The notes below the pieces were generated by a model. The model was not told where the DNA came from. It saw nothing but the letters and a program-made list of their open reading frames with translations, and made no database searches. Of a stretch of 64,000 bases of DNA, positions 11,957 to 26,400 are shown one piece after another. The DNA is from Lama glama (lineage: Eukaryota), in NCBI GenBank assembly GCA_028534125.1, contig CM052817.1:55988001-56052000 (forward strand). The letters run 5' to 3'. Every line of letters starts with the position of its first letter. Position 1 is the first letter of the stretch. Both the position numbers and the translations under genes were made by a program.

Positions 11957-12803
11957 CTAAATGTAATTTAGGTACTGCATCATGTCGATATTTATAGAGT
12001 ACATTACATTTTATGATCTCGTAATGAAATGCAAGCATATGTAATCTAATAAATTTAATCTGGAAGAAAAACACACAGGAACAAATACACAGCACTGCTT
12101 TATGCAGTCCCAAGGAAATGTTTCCTGCTTGCAAACCAGCAACTGAGTATTGGTAGGAGTCAAAATAGTATGGACTATTAATAATCTTCTGTGCAATAAA
12201 CAGAAAAATAATGAACCAAGGCTGTGAATAATTAAGCCAGATTAATAATGATGAACGAGTATCGCTAAATAGTTTCACTGAATGCAAACTGACATGACGG
12301 ACACATGCACAGCTTTCAGCCCATTTGAAATTCCAGGTAATGTATACGCTTTCATTCTGGGTTGAGATCCTCCACTTGCAGAAGTGGAAGGACACCAGAG
12401 AACATAACAACATGACCAGTCATCTTTCTTTTTTATAAGAATGTCTAGTCAGAATCTTAGTTACTAATTATTGCTATTATCCGCAGAGTCTGTTGGTTTG
12501 GGTGGACTTGACTGATCTTTAGGCAAAGAGTTACTTTTACCCTCAAGCATAGTCGTACTATCCTTGAAGATGGAAACTACTCCAGTATAATGGGTTACAG
12601 AATCATTTAACACACATTATCTTAAATACTTTAAAATAATATTGCAGGGGTAGAGAGCAAACCTTTATTATTTCTACTTTAACATCATGGAAACCAGATC
12701 TAATAGCTGGCATATAATATCTCAGTTTCTTCCACAAAGAATGAATTTGGAATATAAACTTAGGCCTTGTGAGCCCACTCCAAGTTTAGTTCTTCTGAAC
12801 TAC

Positions 12804-13044
12804 CTGTTAGGTTATCTCAGAAAGTATGTCACAAACTTCTTACTATTATATCTGAAATCCCCATTATATCTGCCGTTCTTTCATCGATCTTTTTCATGGG
12901 GCAATCACAGATAAGCAGATACGTAATGAAAACATCCCCTCGTGCAAAGAAGCTGTTAAAAACATTCCAGTACAGAGTGTGACAGCTATGTTTGGTACCA
13001 TCCTTGCTCTCCCAGATTACAATAGATGACTCTTCTTTGTTGAC
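12804..13044 (-). pseudogene. Exon I (241 nt)
   Basis: ctaatatcacag|GTCAAC...TAACAG|gtagtt; VNKEESSIVIWESKDGTKHSCHTLYWNVFNSFFARGDVFITYLLICDCPMKKIDERTADIMGISDIIVRSL*HTF*DNLT; overlaps ORF-track 12829..13152. Confidence 0.68.
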
Positions 13045-14019
13045 CTGTGATATTAGAATAATCATAATGCCACAAAAGATCAGATACCTATTTGCCTCAC
13101 GTACAAATTCTGAATTTTTTAATACATTATCTAAGGTGTTGCTATTTAACATTTCAATACTAAAGATTAGTGGTAACTTTCAGGTCATTTTTCCTCTGAT
13201 GAATCAAAATTATGTATGGTTTTCTCCTGACTACATCATCCTTGCATCTGAAAAACACACAACTTGAGTTCCCTACATGTTTTTTTCCTCCAGCAATTAG
13301 AACAGAAAATAAAGAGAAAAGAAAACTGAAGGTCCTTTTTATCTTGCTTCTCAATCCTAGAATAAGTTTTAGACTTCCTAAACTGTCTTCTAGGCTCTTT
13401 TTCTTCCCTCCCAGGGTTCTTGCCTTAAAGAGGATGACTGATGATCTCCAGGCACAGCAGCCTTTAACCAGGAAAGCTAGGTGCATGCCTGCCTGCCCAA
13501 GAGACCAAAAGATACTCCCCATCTAACAGGGCAACAGCAGCACCAAAGATCCTTCTTCCAAAAGAATAAAAGCAATCTCTCCAGATTTTTAAATTTTATT
13601 AAATCCTTCCCCATCTAAGGTGCCACTCTTATGTGATGTATGGATCTAAAGTAAGAAAGAATATGTATTTCAAGAACATGTGGTTGATTTTCTCACTACT
13701 TCTCAAAGGAATATTATTTTAATTATTTCTAATCTGTTTCTTGTACTGTTCTACACATTTCAGCATTATTAATTCCTTTTTTTTTGTCCCTATGTGCAAT
13801 AGCTTCTCTTATGCTTTATCACTACCTGGAGATCCACCAGTAGGAATGTAGAGCCCACAAGGTGTTTACTTAACACTGAAAAACATTGAAAAAAAATTAC
13901 CTTGGCCTGCAGCTATTGTTAATTAATAAAATATTTTTTCTTGGCCACCATGGAAGAATGGCAATGAATACAGCAACTATTTCAATAGCAAAAACAAACA
14001 AAAAAAACACCCCAGACTT

Positions 14020-14255
14020 CTACAGGGCACATAATATTTGCCAAGGTCTGTTGTGAGTGCTTTCCAAACATGGACTAATTTAGCTTTTACAAATAACCCT
14101 TCAAGATAGTCACTATTGTTATTCTCACTGGATAAACAGGAAACTAAGGCACAGAGATGATGAATAACTTGTTCAAGCTCTTCTAAATAATAAGCAATGA
14201 GATCAAATGCAGGAAATCTCTCTCAGGGCTGTACTCTAAACCATGATACCACACG
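14020..14255 (-). mobile_element. MIR SINE
   Basis: ttattctcactggataaacaggaaactaaggcacagagatgatgaataacttgttcaag = reverse MIR core. Confidence 0.65.
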
Positions 14256-14409
14256 CTAAACGGTAAATACATTTATTTAGGATTTAGCAACCTCCACACT
14301 GGACAATCTTCTAAAGATCTGAAGAAGCTCTTTATAACAGGATCTGGCACTGTCTTTCTGATTCCATTCTATACATTATACTCAATCTCAAAATCATAGT
14401 ACGTTTTGT

Positions 14410-15960
14410 TTAAGAAATTGACAAGTTGATTTCAAAATTCATCTGGATCTACAAAGGAAAAAGAGTAGCTGAAATAATTTTGTAAAGGAAAACAAAGTTG
14501 AAGGACCTATAATACTTTACTTCAAAGTTTACTATAATGTCACTGTAATCAGGATTGTTTGTATTTGTGAGAACAGACAGGTAGATCATAAAATAAACTA
14601 GAGAACTCAAACAAATGCACACATTCATTATTAACTGATTCTCAACAAATATGCAAAGGTAAGTTAGTGTAGAAAGATAGTCTATTCAACAAATGATGTT
14701 GAAGCAACTGGGCATCTGCATGGAAAACATTTACCTGACCCCTTATCTTATACCATACAAATCATTAACTTGAAATTGACCATGACCTAAATAAAAAGCT
14801 AAATTTATGAAACATCTTCATAGCCTCAGTGTAGCCAAAGACGTCCTCATAAGATGCAGTAATTACTAACAATGAGAGAAGAAAGTTAACAAATTGGAAG
14901 TTCTTTGTTATATATAATTTAAAATTATAAGAATATATATGAAATATATTGGAATTCACCAAAATTAAAAACTTATACTTCTTGTAAAACATATTCAAGA
15001 AAAGTGCAAACCACAGACTAAAATAATAGTAATAATAATAATTGTTATTTATAAATTATATATGACAAAGGGCTCATATTCAGCATTATAAAGATATATA
15101 TATATATAACATATAAAGCTATAAATAAGCAATGAGAACACAAACATCCTCATAAATAGAGGAAAGCCCTGTACAGCCATTTGCAAAACAAAATACAAAA
15201 CTAGCCATGCACATACACAGAATGTTCGACATTATTAGTCATTGGAAGAATGCAAACATACACCTATTAAAACAGCAAAAATGAAAAAGAATTACAATAT
15301 CAACATTGACAAGAATGTGGAACAACTGGAACTCTCATTGCTGGTGGGAATATAAAGTGACACAAATACTAACTACTTCAGTAAACAGTTTGGCATTTTC
15401 TTATTGTTTAAAAATATACTTACTATACAACCCAGCTACTTTACTCCAAGATATCTATCCTGCAGAACTGAAAATACAAGTCTACACAAAGACTTTAACG
15501 TGAATTTTCCTGGCAGCTTTATCCTTAGTTCAGAACTGGAAACAGCTCAAATGTCCATCAATAAATGAATAAATAAACAATTTCTGGTATAGCTAAAGAA
15601 TAGAATATTGCTCAGTAACATAAAATTATGAAATACTGATGCCAGTGAATTTGACTGAATCTCAAAAACATTGTATTGAGTGAAAGAAGCTGGATAAATG
15701 TAAAACTATATAATTTCATTTATATCAAATTATAAGACATGCTAAACTAACTTATAGTGACAGCAAATCAGTAGCTGCCAGGGGCCAAAATCAGGCTGAA
15801 CAGATAGAAAATAGTCAGAGGCATATGTAGTGATACAAATATTCTATGTCTTGATTATGATTGTGGTTACATGGGTAATTATAATTGTCAAAACCAAATG
15901 AACTTTATACTTAAAATAAGTATACTTATTGTATGCAAATCATTTCTCAACAAAGTTGAT
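14410..15960 (+). mobile_element. Old L1 (L1M) ORF2 C-terminal part and 3'UTR
   Basis: gaaattgacaagttgatttcaaaattcatctgg...aaatgtccatcaataaatgaat...gtatgcaaatcatttctcaacaaagttg. Confidence 0.85.
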
Positions 15961-16268
15961 GAAGAACCATGGAAACATTAAATGGGACAAAATAAAGGGG
16001 CAAAAAGAAGGGAGCTATCAATCTAAATTAGAAAGTTACTATGACTTAAAACATACTATTTATTTTGACATGTATAATTAACTGGAAGTTAACTCAGTTC
16101 CTCTACAATTGGCATCTTCAGTGGGAAAGCATGAATGGAAAAATTACTGTGATTAAAATACTTTTTTCTTTATTTATTCCTTCAATTCATCATTTCAGAT
16201 TAATTTGAAAAAAGCAATTGACAGAAGCAGACTCACCCCGCCAACCACAGTTGAGAGTTTAGTTAAAC

Positions 16269-16797
16269 TGTTCCAAGATATCACTGCCTTGGAATCCATT
16301 TTGTGTCGCTAAGAGGCCTACAGGGTCTTAAATTGACAATGACACTAGCCTCTCCATCAAGTTCACGTCCAAGGTAACAGTCCACAGTCACAAGTAAATG
16401 TAAGTTCCTGAAATGACTCCCCAAGGCCCCATATGATCAATAACCTCTTCTGCCTCCCAGCTTCTTTCCCTTATGCACCCCTTAAGCCTCTGAGGAGCTT
16501 ACCAAAGCCCTGCTCTTTTTGGTTTGAACTGACCAATCCAGCCTCAGCTCAGGAACCCAAAGCATTCCACCTGTGGATCCTAATAAATGCACGTGCCCCA
16601 GGTCCTGCTGCTCACTCTCTGCCTACACCCTGCCTTGACCTCCCTGTGTGACCCCTCAAAGGATACCCTTACCTCCTCCAAGACCTCCAGCAAGTAATGA
16701 TCTTATCTATTTCACTTCCCTTGTGGTCTTTTTTTGAACCCTGGCTTACAAGCTGACACACCAGTGGCTCTATGTAACAAATGTTAATTTAGTAACA
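16269..16797 (+). mobile_element. ERV solo LTR
   Basis: TG...CA termini (tgttccaag...agtaaca), CCAAT box and a TATA/AATAAA-like motif, GC-richer than flanks. Confidence 0.55.
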
Positions 16798-18047
16798 ACA
16801 AAAAATCACAACATTCACACATATTTACACAGAAACCCATGTCCCATACTTGGTTTGGAACTTCAGTAAATTAGTATATGAATGAAGAGAGAGAAAAAGA
16901 GAGAATATGAACAACTAAGTAAGGTTAGGAAATTCCTCTGACATTCAAGATTTTGGGAAAAAAAAAACTAGAAATATATTTCCAGTTCTATACATCTGTT
17001 ACGTAAAATATTGGGCAAAAAACCAATTACTGCAAGCCTACAATTTTTCTTCAACTATCCATGCCTTCTATGCATTTGGTTACATCTGAGCTGGGCTAAT
17101 AATTTAACCAGAGTAAGCAAATTTCAGTCAAATTATTTCTCCAAAGCCAGGGATGAAAACAGGTCATTGTTCTTGCTCTTAAGAAGAAAACTGAAGAGAT
17201 ACTAGAGCCACAGAAAGAAACAGTATAAAGTACCTATAATTTCATTTAGTTCAACCTGCTTACTTTGTAAGCAAGAAAACTGTCACTCAGAGGAAAAGAA
17301 ATCAAGGTGATAGTATTTGGCACAAGTGATGTCCCTAATGGCATAGATTATTACTAGAGCTTGTGTCAAACTTAAATATTTTAATTCCCAACTTAGTATT
17401 CTTTTTATCATACCTTAAAATATAGGAAAATAGTTGTGTCATCTATAAGAATTAGCACTTAAATGTGTTACTGTATTTGAAAACACATACATCAAAGCCT
17501 TAATTAGAAACTTCTTTGCACATATTTCCTTCACATAATTATTTCACTGAATATTCACATTCACATATTCCTGTAAATGAAATCTAGTAGATTTCAAGGA
17601 GATAACAAATGGCCTTACTCCATGTTGTTAATAAATTAAAACTTTGCGAGTCTCTGAAGGAGCCTACAGGGTCCTTGAAGAACTGTACGCTTGAGAATTT
17701 TGTAATTCTCAATGTTAATTGCTTGGATTCAATGAATTATATGTTGAATGTAGTATAAATTTCTAAAGTAATCTAGGCAACTAAAGAGGGTATTCGGTAC
17801 CTCCCTAGGTCATACATTATTATATTTAATTATGTCAACAAACTGCATTATCGAAATGAAAAAGACAAGGCTCTAGAACCTTAAGGGATTTTCTCAACAT
17901 TGCTGATTCAAAGAACAACTCATGAATTTAGTGGTTATGCTACACCAAAGGCTTTCCACTTTACCCAAGTGTTACCAATTTCTGTAATATGTTGTGTAAA
18001 TATGAATAAAGTGAATTCTATGCCTGGTATTTGTTTTTATTTCTTAC

Positions 18048-18077
18048 CTATTCTTGAAAAAATGGGAATATTTTAAT
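18048..18077 (-). pseudogene. Exon H (30-nt micro-exon)
   Basis: tttctttgtctattcacag|ATTAAA...GAATAG|gtaaga; strong splice sites; IKIFPFFQE*. Confidence 0.65.
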
Positions 18078-18792
18078 CTGTGAATAGACAAAGAAACATC
18101 CCTCACTAGTGACAGAGACATAAAGATTATGAAACCCCTCCATTCACTTAGCACAGAAAATAAACTCTTTTCACTCTATACTATTACATATATAATTTAT
18201 CTGTGGGGGATCTTTGAGACGATAAGAAAACTTGTAAGAAACATATCTATGACGTATGTAATGGGCTCTGCTTCTATCAACAGCAGTGTCTGTTTCATGC
18301 TAACGACAAGCTAAAAAATAGAAGATTTCCTATAGCATCTTCATCTGAGCATTTCATTTTGAAAGAGAGTAGGAGCTTCTGCATTTTACCAAAGGTGGAT
18401 TGCTACATAGCAGGAAAAACTCAATTCCAGTGAAATTGATAACCATAATTATTTATTTATATTATAATAATCTTAAAATACTGTTTTGTAATAATATATT
18501 TGTTTGCATCTCTACCAGGATAATTTTAACTACTTGAAAGTAGAAATAATTCTTAATGTTCTTTGTATAGCCAGTTTCTTATATACATATGCAATATTCT
18601 AGTAATATGCTTTATTCTCCCTCAAAACTGCAAAACATCTGCAAAACAAAGTGCTTTGCAAAACTGAATCAAATCCCTGATAAATCCAAGTTCATTCTTG
18701 GTCATTTTAGATGGGAAAAATGGTCATTATTTTAAATAGTTTGGTATTTCTCAAAGGTATATGTATGTATGTACCTATGACCTATGGTACAT

Positions 18793-19275
18793 TGTTGCAA
18801 TAATCATTATCCCATTTTCTCACACTTCCCTGCATTAAGTCGGTAACCCCTAATACACTGATTCGTATATGCTGACAATTTGGCTTGTTGGGCCAATGGT
18901 AGAGTAGCAAACACGAGACAAACAGTGACTTGGAAAGTATTTTAACACTGGTCTTTGCTCTTTTACTGCTCTTGGAACATTGCTGCCACGTAAATAATCA
19001 CAGGCTAGCCTCCTAGAAGATCAGAGAGCACGTAAAGGGATTCCCATTTGATAAATCAAAGCCATCATAAACCATAGCCTCATCCAGCCCACTAGCTCAT
19101 CACAGGTGAACAGACTCAACTGAGATTAGGTGAATGCAGTCCAGATCAGAAGTTCCAACCAGCTAGGCCTGACCCAAACTGTCAACTTGCAGAGATGTAA
19201 GCCAAATACGTTGTGTGTGTGTTCAAAGCACGACATTTTGGAGTGGCTTGTCATGCAACCAACACTATCTGAAAC
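18793..19275 (+). mobile_element. MLT1 (MaLR) LTR
   Basis: ggccaatggtagagtagcaaacacgagacaaacagtgacttggaaag...ttttggagtggcttgtcatgcaacc. Confidence 0.7.
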
Positions 19276-20539
19276 TATCTGTCTTTCCCAATTAATTACA
19301 AGTTTTATTAGGCAGGAACTTTATCTTATCTGTATTATTCTTTTTATATTTTCAGCACCCAGAACAGTGATTGACACACCACAGATTTTTAAATATATAT
19401 ATGTGAAATTGATATATATATATATATATATATTATATATGGTGAATGGATAGTATATGAAAGAATGAATTAATATTATTCTGCACTTGATCTCAGCCAA
19501 AAGGCCAAAAAACACTAATTATTATTTCGGATTCTTAAGATTTTTGTCTGTTACAGGGAGATCAATATTCACGTACTTAATATATGTTATTGTTCCTAAA
19601 TTTTTGTTCTTAATTATAATTACATTCAGGAATGTTCACAGAGAAATTCATGTGCCTTTTCACAAGTAGCATAAATTCTCTTAATTTTCTGAGATTCTTC
19701 CTCCTTCTACCATATAGGATGGGGTAGGGATAGGGGATGTGCTACTGATGGGAGCTGTTCTCCTCTGTTGGATGAAAATAAGAACACTTTCTTTCAAGAA
19801 TGGTATTAAAGCTTACACAGAGTACTGTGCAGGTAAAAGCACTGTTTGTTTACTATATCATATTGTCAAATATATGCAAAGCTACTATACAAATATGAAC
19901 TATTTTAATTACTGATATTCTTAGAAAGATAACAGTATGCATTGTTGAAATTTTCTTACATATATAAATTGTAATAATGCCAGCATTAACTTCTTGATAA
20001 TATATATTTTTAAGATGAGTTTAATTTCACATGTTATAAATTCAGAGCAGCTGCCATAGATTACTGGACTGGCAAGGATATTTCAGGAAGATTTTTTCCA
20101 TCATTCCTGTCCTCAGTTTTCACAACATTTCTGTAATGCTCTTTGGCAACACAATGTTCCTGGCTATGAGAACATGATTTTGTAGAAGATGGCTGCTCTC
20201 ATGTTGAGGTTTGGCTGCTTTCCTATTTTGACTTTTAGTATGTGAGATTAGTTTGGTGATAACCTTGTGTGTTCTGTTACCTCTTTGGATTCCCTATATA
20301 GTGATGCCCATAAAGACTTAGGCTTGAATTAACTCAAATTTGAAGGATAAAAAGGAACTCGTCTCTTTGCAATGGATATAGATAGCCAAGGCTATAGTTG
20401 TTGAAAGAATCCTCAACTGCTTCTGGAAACTGGGAATTGCTGTGGTTGAGACGGAGCATAATAAGAATCTATAGACACTAATTTAACTACCACATAGATT
20501 ATAAAAATGTAGATGATTGTATATTACAAGCCTTTCTCA

Positions 20540-21030
20540 GTTTCCTTCACAGAGACTACCTACCACCTGGGCACCAAAGAGATGTACAAAAATATCCATA
20601 ACATTAATATTAATGATACTTGAATAGCTGGAAACCATACAAAGGTTCATCATCAGCATTAGAACAGAGAGTTGTATACTCACTGAATGAATTGTTCTGA
20701 GAATAAAAGACATAAATTATAGCTACACACAAAAACATGATGTACCTCATAACATATTCTTGAGCCAAAAAAGTTAGCAATGTAAAAATACAGACTATAT
20801 GATTCCATTTCTATGAAGTTAAGAAAAATTGGCATAAGTAATTTCTATAGTTAAATGTCAGGAAAAGAGTCTCCCTTAGGAAAGATACAGGGGAGAATGA
20901 TTGGAAGGGAAAATAAGAAGGCTTTTCAAGCAGTATGGCAATTTTTTATCTGTCACTGCATTTTAACTCTAATAAGTGTTTTTTTAATTTCTGTAAACTA
21001 TATACTTTTATTATTCCTAGTTATTTTTAA
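20540..21030 (+). mobile_element. Old L1 (L1ME-like) 3' end
   Basis: gtacctcataacatattcttgagccaaaaaag...actatatgattccatttctatgaagtt. Confidence 0.7.
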
Positions 21031-21084
21031 TAGTTTTGTGGTTTATTGTCTTAAGAAATACTTACTGATTTAATCTCTTGTATT

Positions 21085-22140
21085 GTCATGCATCTTTCTA
21101 GATTCTGGAACTACAGATGTAACTGAACAGCAGACAAAAATCATAATCCCATAGAGCTCACATACTAGTCAAAAAATGAAAACAAAATCCAATTAATAAA
21201 TTGTGTTACAGTGATAAACACAACAGAAATAAAGGACAGAAAGGAGGTAGAGGTGTTGTTGTCTTAACAGGATAGTCCTAGGCCTGACTGAGAAGACATC
21301 TGGGAAAAGACCTTAAAGAAGAAAGAAAGTGAGCCCTCAGATATGTGGAGCAAAGACGGTCTACGCAAACGGAATACCAAGGACAAAGCCCTAGGTTGAG
21401 AACCTCTTGAAGCCTAAGGGACTGAAGAATGGCCCAGAAGCCACTGTAGATGAAGCAGAGAGAGCAAGGGAGAGAATAACAGATAATGACTTCAGAAGAG
21501 TAATGACAGCCAGTACATGCAAGGCATTTAAAGCCTTGGGTTTTACTCCAGATAACTTGGAAAACCATTTGAAAGTTTTTTGCAAAAGACCAATGGGATC
21601 TGTCTTTCATTGAAAAATATCACTCTGGCTGCCTCCCTGAGATCTAATTCAAATATAGAAAAAGCAAAGGTAAACACATGAGGACCTGGGAACCATTACA
21701 AAGATATTAAAACAGTTCGGAAAAGATAATGGTGGCTTAGACCAAAAACAAACAAACAAACAAACAAACAAAAAAATAGCAGTGGAGGAGGTGAAAATGG
21801 TCAAGATCTGGATGTATTTTGAAAGCAAAAATAAAAAATAGTATTTGCTGACACACTGATTTTGAGGTATGAAAGTAAAACAGTAGTCAAGAATGATTCT
21901 AGACATAAGTACCTGATGAATGGGATTTGCTTTCATTAACTGAAATAGGAAAAGACAGTTGGGGAAAAAATATAAGGATCTTGGATTTGGACATACTGAT
22001 TTTAAGACGACACATAAACACTCAAATAAAAGGATGACAGACGAAAAGGAACTAGCTTAGAAGGCTGAGACATAAAGTCAGTGGGCTGAGGGAAAGCAAA
22101 GCAAGAAAGTGTTTCAAGAAGGAATGATTGATAATACATG
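21085..22140 (-). mobile_element. L2 LINE fragment
   Basis: agagctcacatactagt...atcactctggctgc...gatctggatgtattttgaa...gtcaagaatgattctagac, typical reverse L2. Confidence 0.75.
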
Positions 22141-23395
22141 TCCCAGATGGGGATATCATAGTTAATTTCTGTGACAGGTACTATTTACATATATTAAGAT
22201 AAGACAGTCATCACTCGTATAAGATGTAGGACAGCAATGACCTCAAAGGAGAGACAGATTTCAGTAAGAACAAGATGGTGAAAGGAAAGCCCTAAGGAAG
22301 TACCCAGACACAGAGTATTTTGATAATTGACCATGTATTCTAAAGAAAGAGGAAAACATCTAGAAGACAGATAAGATTTAAGTGACGTTCATTAGAATCA
22401 AAGGCTTCTTTGAACGATGAACACAAAGGGATAAAAGGTATCATGAAAGGAGGCCTGCAGCTTCCTCTTCACTCTTGCCAATACTGACATGCAGGCTGGA
22501 GGTGGGAGACAAAAGCCTAGGATTTCTGATACCCCATCTCTCCTGCCTGTACTCATAAGCCTTTTTCCTTTTGCATGCCTTTTTGTAGCTGTCTCCACTG
22601 CATTTTAAAAATATTCCCCTTCTCTTCATCCTCCTAAACACAGCTCAGGTGTCAATATCCTCTAGAAATACTCCCCTCCACCAGTTCAACCCGGACTTGC
22701 CCAATTAGAGCTATGTCATTTTTCTCTGCTTCTATGTCTTAAATCATAAAAGTCATTTATTTCTCTGTCCTTCTTATTAGGTGGTTATCTCCTGAACACA
22801 CCTAAAAGCTATGCTTTATCTTTATATCACCAATATCAGGCACGTAACAAACCAATTTTTGAATGGAAGAAAAAATTATTCTTAGTATTTTAATTAAAAA
22901 GGACATACATGGGTTTTTAATGAAACTAGTGTAGCTGCATTAGAATCACTCTGTTTAGGTAACTTTCAAATTAACAAGCATAAATATTAGAAAAGAAGGG
23001 CTAACTAAGTAAGAGTCACAAATAGGCTCCAGGATCCTTTTTAATCAGGTAGAACAAATAATAGCTCATCCTAAAGCTTAATGCAAGGTTAACGAGAAAA
23101 TCTGTTCCTATGTGTCTTCTCTCTTTGACAACAACAGAGAGAATGGAGCTGGAAGGGAGAATCACCTTTAAACTGAATAATTAAACTAAGTATCAAATAA
23201 AGGCAAACTGAGCTCAAGATAAATGGAGACACAATGTGAAGGCAACAGCTAATAAAATAGGCCAACACACTTCGTCTAGACACTTGGTGTTCAAGGATAC
23301 TAACAGATTCTCATTAACAAAATCATTTATATGTATATAGTGAGTTACTATTATCCATATGCTATACATGAGTGTCCGGAATACTGTGCCATTAC

Positions 23396-23498
23396 CTGGA
23401 CCTTATTTCCTCTAATCGATAAAATAGTTGTCTGAGGAATATGTTCTTAATTCTGTTCTACAGATGAGAGCAATGCCACACCTGTCTTGCCTTAAGAC
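23396..23498 (-). pseudogene. Exon G (103 nt, one frameshift implied)
   Basis: ctttactcatgcag|GTCTTA...GTCCAG|gtaatg; starts VLRQDRCGIALIC (phase 0) and ends, in a shifted frame, EHIPQTTILSIRGNKVQ (phase 0). Confidence 0.6.
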
Positions 23499-26400
23499 CT
23501 GCATGAGTAAAGAAGCAGACCCAAGACTGGAAGCCAGGTTTTCTGAATCCAAATTGGAACTCTTTCCATGAGACAGGAGAACCTGCAAATGTATGCTCAG
23601 AAACACATTTGAGAAAGAACAACTGTTTGAGAAATAATGAAAAATGGGAGAGACACAAACATTCTAGAGTCACTCAAAGTGCTAATATTCAAAAGGAGAA
23701 AGAGACAATAAAAACTGCAGAATTAAAGCTGATAATTTTGATGCCAAACTCTAGTAGGGTTCTAACAGCACTGGTAAACAGTTGCTTTGAGGGCATTCAA
23801 ATACAGTGTCAGAATAAAATTACCTAATGCTAGTTTATTAAAAACACAATGTAAACACTCAATATTATTCTCTATTATTCAATATTTATATACATTTTTT
23901 TTCCTGCTTGGGGTGGGGAAATGTCATAGATACGATGAATGTGAAAAAAGCATTTAATCATTTCTCTCAATATACCTTTGTGGATAATATGAAGCTGATT
24001 AAATAATCATCCTTAGGGAATATTGTATAATGGAGCGAGGACAATCTGCAGGAAGCACTCCTAGAGTACACCTCAAGGATCCATCCTTGCACTCACCCTA
24101 TTAAGTCTAAAATACATAAGAGGAATGTATCCCAGTATTCAACTAAATGATTTGGATAATAAAATCCTGGCTCACTTCCTTCTGGAAGAGCTGAAACTGA
24201 TTTTCATGTGATTTTGATAGTTAGGATGGATTGATCTCTTGCAATTAACAGTATCTGAGCAAACTCAAGTGACTGGGAAAATCACCTAAATGGTATTGAG
24301 GGAGTTGGGCATAGCTGCATTTCCAGGCACACTATTACTCTTCCCTCCCTAGTATAATAAAATAATTAAAAATGATCCTCATTTCTTTCAAAATGATAAA
24401 CAACAAATGTAAGGGGAAAGAAAAGGAAAAACAACAGAAATCCACCTTCCATTTTTCAGTATGGCATATTCGTGATATAAGCACAGCAGCTGCTGCAGGC
24501 AAAACCAATTACAAATGCAAGTAAGCTCATTTTTCCCCACAAATAGTATTTTCATTAATTTCGTAGCATTTCAGGAATAAATCACATCATACTAGATGCT
24601 TTGGAGTGTCAAAGAAACAAAACCAGCCTCCTTAATGGATTAGTGACCATATAAAATGTCAGTTGAGTTTTATTCTCTATGTTACTACGAATTATGGGTT
24701 TTCCCTCTTTATGCAAATAATATTAAACTTATCATAATCACTATAATTCACATAAAATTGCTTATGGCATGGTTTCTATAAGAGTAAGAAGATGGGGGTA
24801 TGTAGCAAAATTGGCTCTTAAAATCAATAAAAGATACTATATCTACTCACAGAATATTTCAGTGGTAAGAAAATGGGCTTTGAACTCAGGAAGGTCAGGT
24901 TCAAATTCCTGTTCGTTCACAACTGTATGACTTTTGACAAGTTACTCATTCCTTCAGTCCTCCCACTTTTTAACAGAAAGCAAAGAAAAAGAAAGAAAAG
25001 AAAAAAAGTTACAAATCTTGACAGATTTGTGATATGGATCTTGGACACTGAAGTGGTTTCCATCTATTTGCTGACTTTTGTCTTCTGTGAAGTGGTATAT
25101 GAAATCATTTGTTGAGAATGAAATGGTAAGAAGATAACTTATTGGAGGTTTGATGACAGTTGAAGGAGACTGAAATACTTGTGGAAAGTAGAAAATGAAA
25201 CATCCAGAGAAACGGAATGTCTTAGCGATACTGAAGACCTTGTTGAGACTACTGATAATTTACAGTTACAAATATGCTCAATTGAAATATTCTCAGCCCA
25301 GCTGTGGGCAAGACAATGTAGATAATTAAGTTGTTCAGGATCAAGATTTTGCTGTGTAGTGTCATAAGAGGAATAAGGGAAAGTGGGTTTCGAATTTTGA
25401 CAAGAGTCAAAACATAATAAGAGTGTGTATCAGAACTATGAACACGATAAAAGTAAAAAACTAGGGATACACATTAATTTGATGTACAGTTGTAATGGCA
25501 TATGATCAGCAAGAAATTGAGAAAACAGAAAACTAAGTTCATAAAGCAAAACAAAACGTCTAAGTTTGTGATTTTTTTTTTTCAGGTGGAACAGTTTAAT
25601 GACAGGGCTCAGTAGTAGGCTCAATAGTCTGGCTAAAGTGTAGAGATAAGAAAAGTCACGGCATTTCAGATGTTCAGAAAACAGATGCTACGTTTTTTAT
25701 GAGAACTCCATGTAGATTTTGAAGTCACTCGTGATGGTTGGAGTTTACATGGAAAGAAAGACTATGAACCATATTCCAAATTCACTGAAGAATAAAAAAT
25801 ACATAAAGGAGTTTTATGGATAAGGCGAAAGTGAGGGTGATTTAGGCAAGTTGTACAACTCGCAGAGAAGAGGGTGTTTTACAAGAGAGTAGAATTGCAA
25901 TATTTTAAGTTTGGTGTAGATCAGTAGAAGTACTTCAAGTAAACGTAAATATCATACGGTGCGTGCATTATGAGAGAATTTACATCTTCAACTGGAGGGA
26001 GGTGCAATCCAAGTAGGATCTTCAGTTGAAGATCAGATTTCAGATAAGCCAAGAAGGCAAAGGGAACATTTAGGTAAAAAGCTGACACAAAAGATGCGTT
26101 ATTAATTACGGATCAGGATTACTTTGGAAAAAGTAAAGAATATTGATTGTTTAAGAGGAGGAAAATAAAGTGAGACTATCTGTATGAAAATATTACGTGA
26201 GAAGAGAATACATTCTGTTTTCACTGGAGAAAAATGGTCCTTGTGGATTCAGTTACAAAATATTCCTAGAAAGGGAAAGATTATTCAAGACCCAAAGACT
26301 TTAACTACAGCCTAAAGAGAAACTGTGTCTTAAGTAGTAGGTAACAACTGATCACAAGCCACATAAAATTTCAAATATAGACTAGCTCTAGCAATGAGCA

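Noticed and set aside
11919..12413. Longest ORF in the track (164 aa, minus)
   Set aside because: Starts at a non-ATG codon, has no recognisable domain, and only its last codons coincide with exon J; the rest is intronic
23396..23457. Shorter acceptor for exon G giving an open frame NRIKNIFLRQLFYRLEEIRS-RLKYSHFFKN
   Set aside because: Leads to an early stop in exon I and abandons the 71-codon open frame there; kept only as a possible cryptic acceptor
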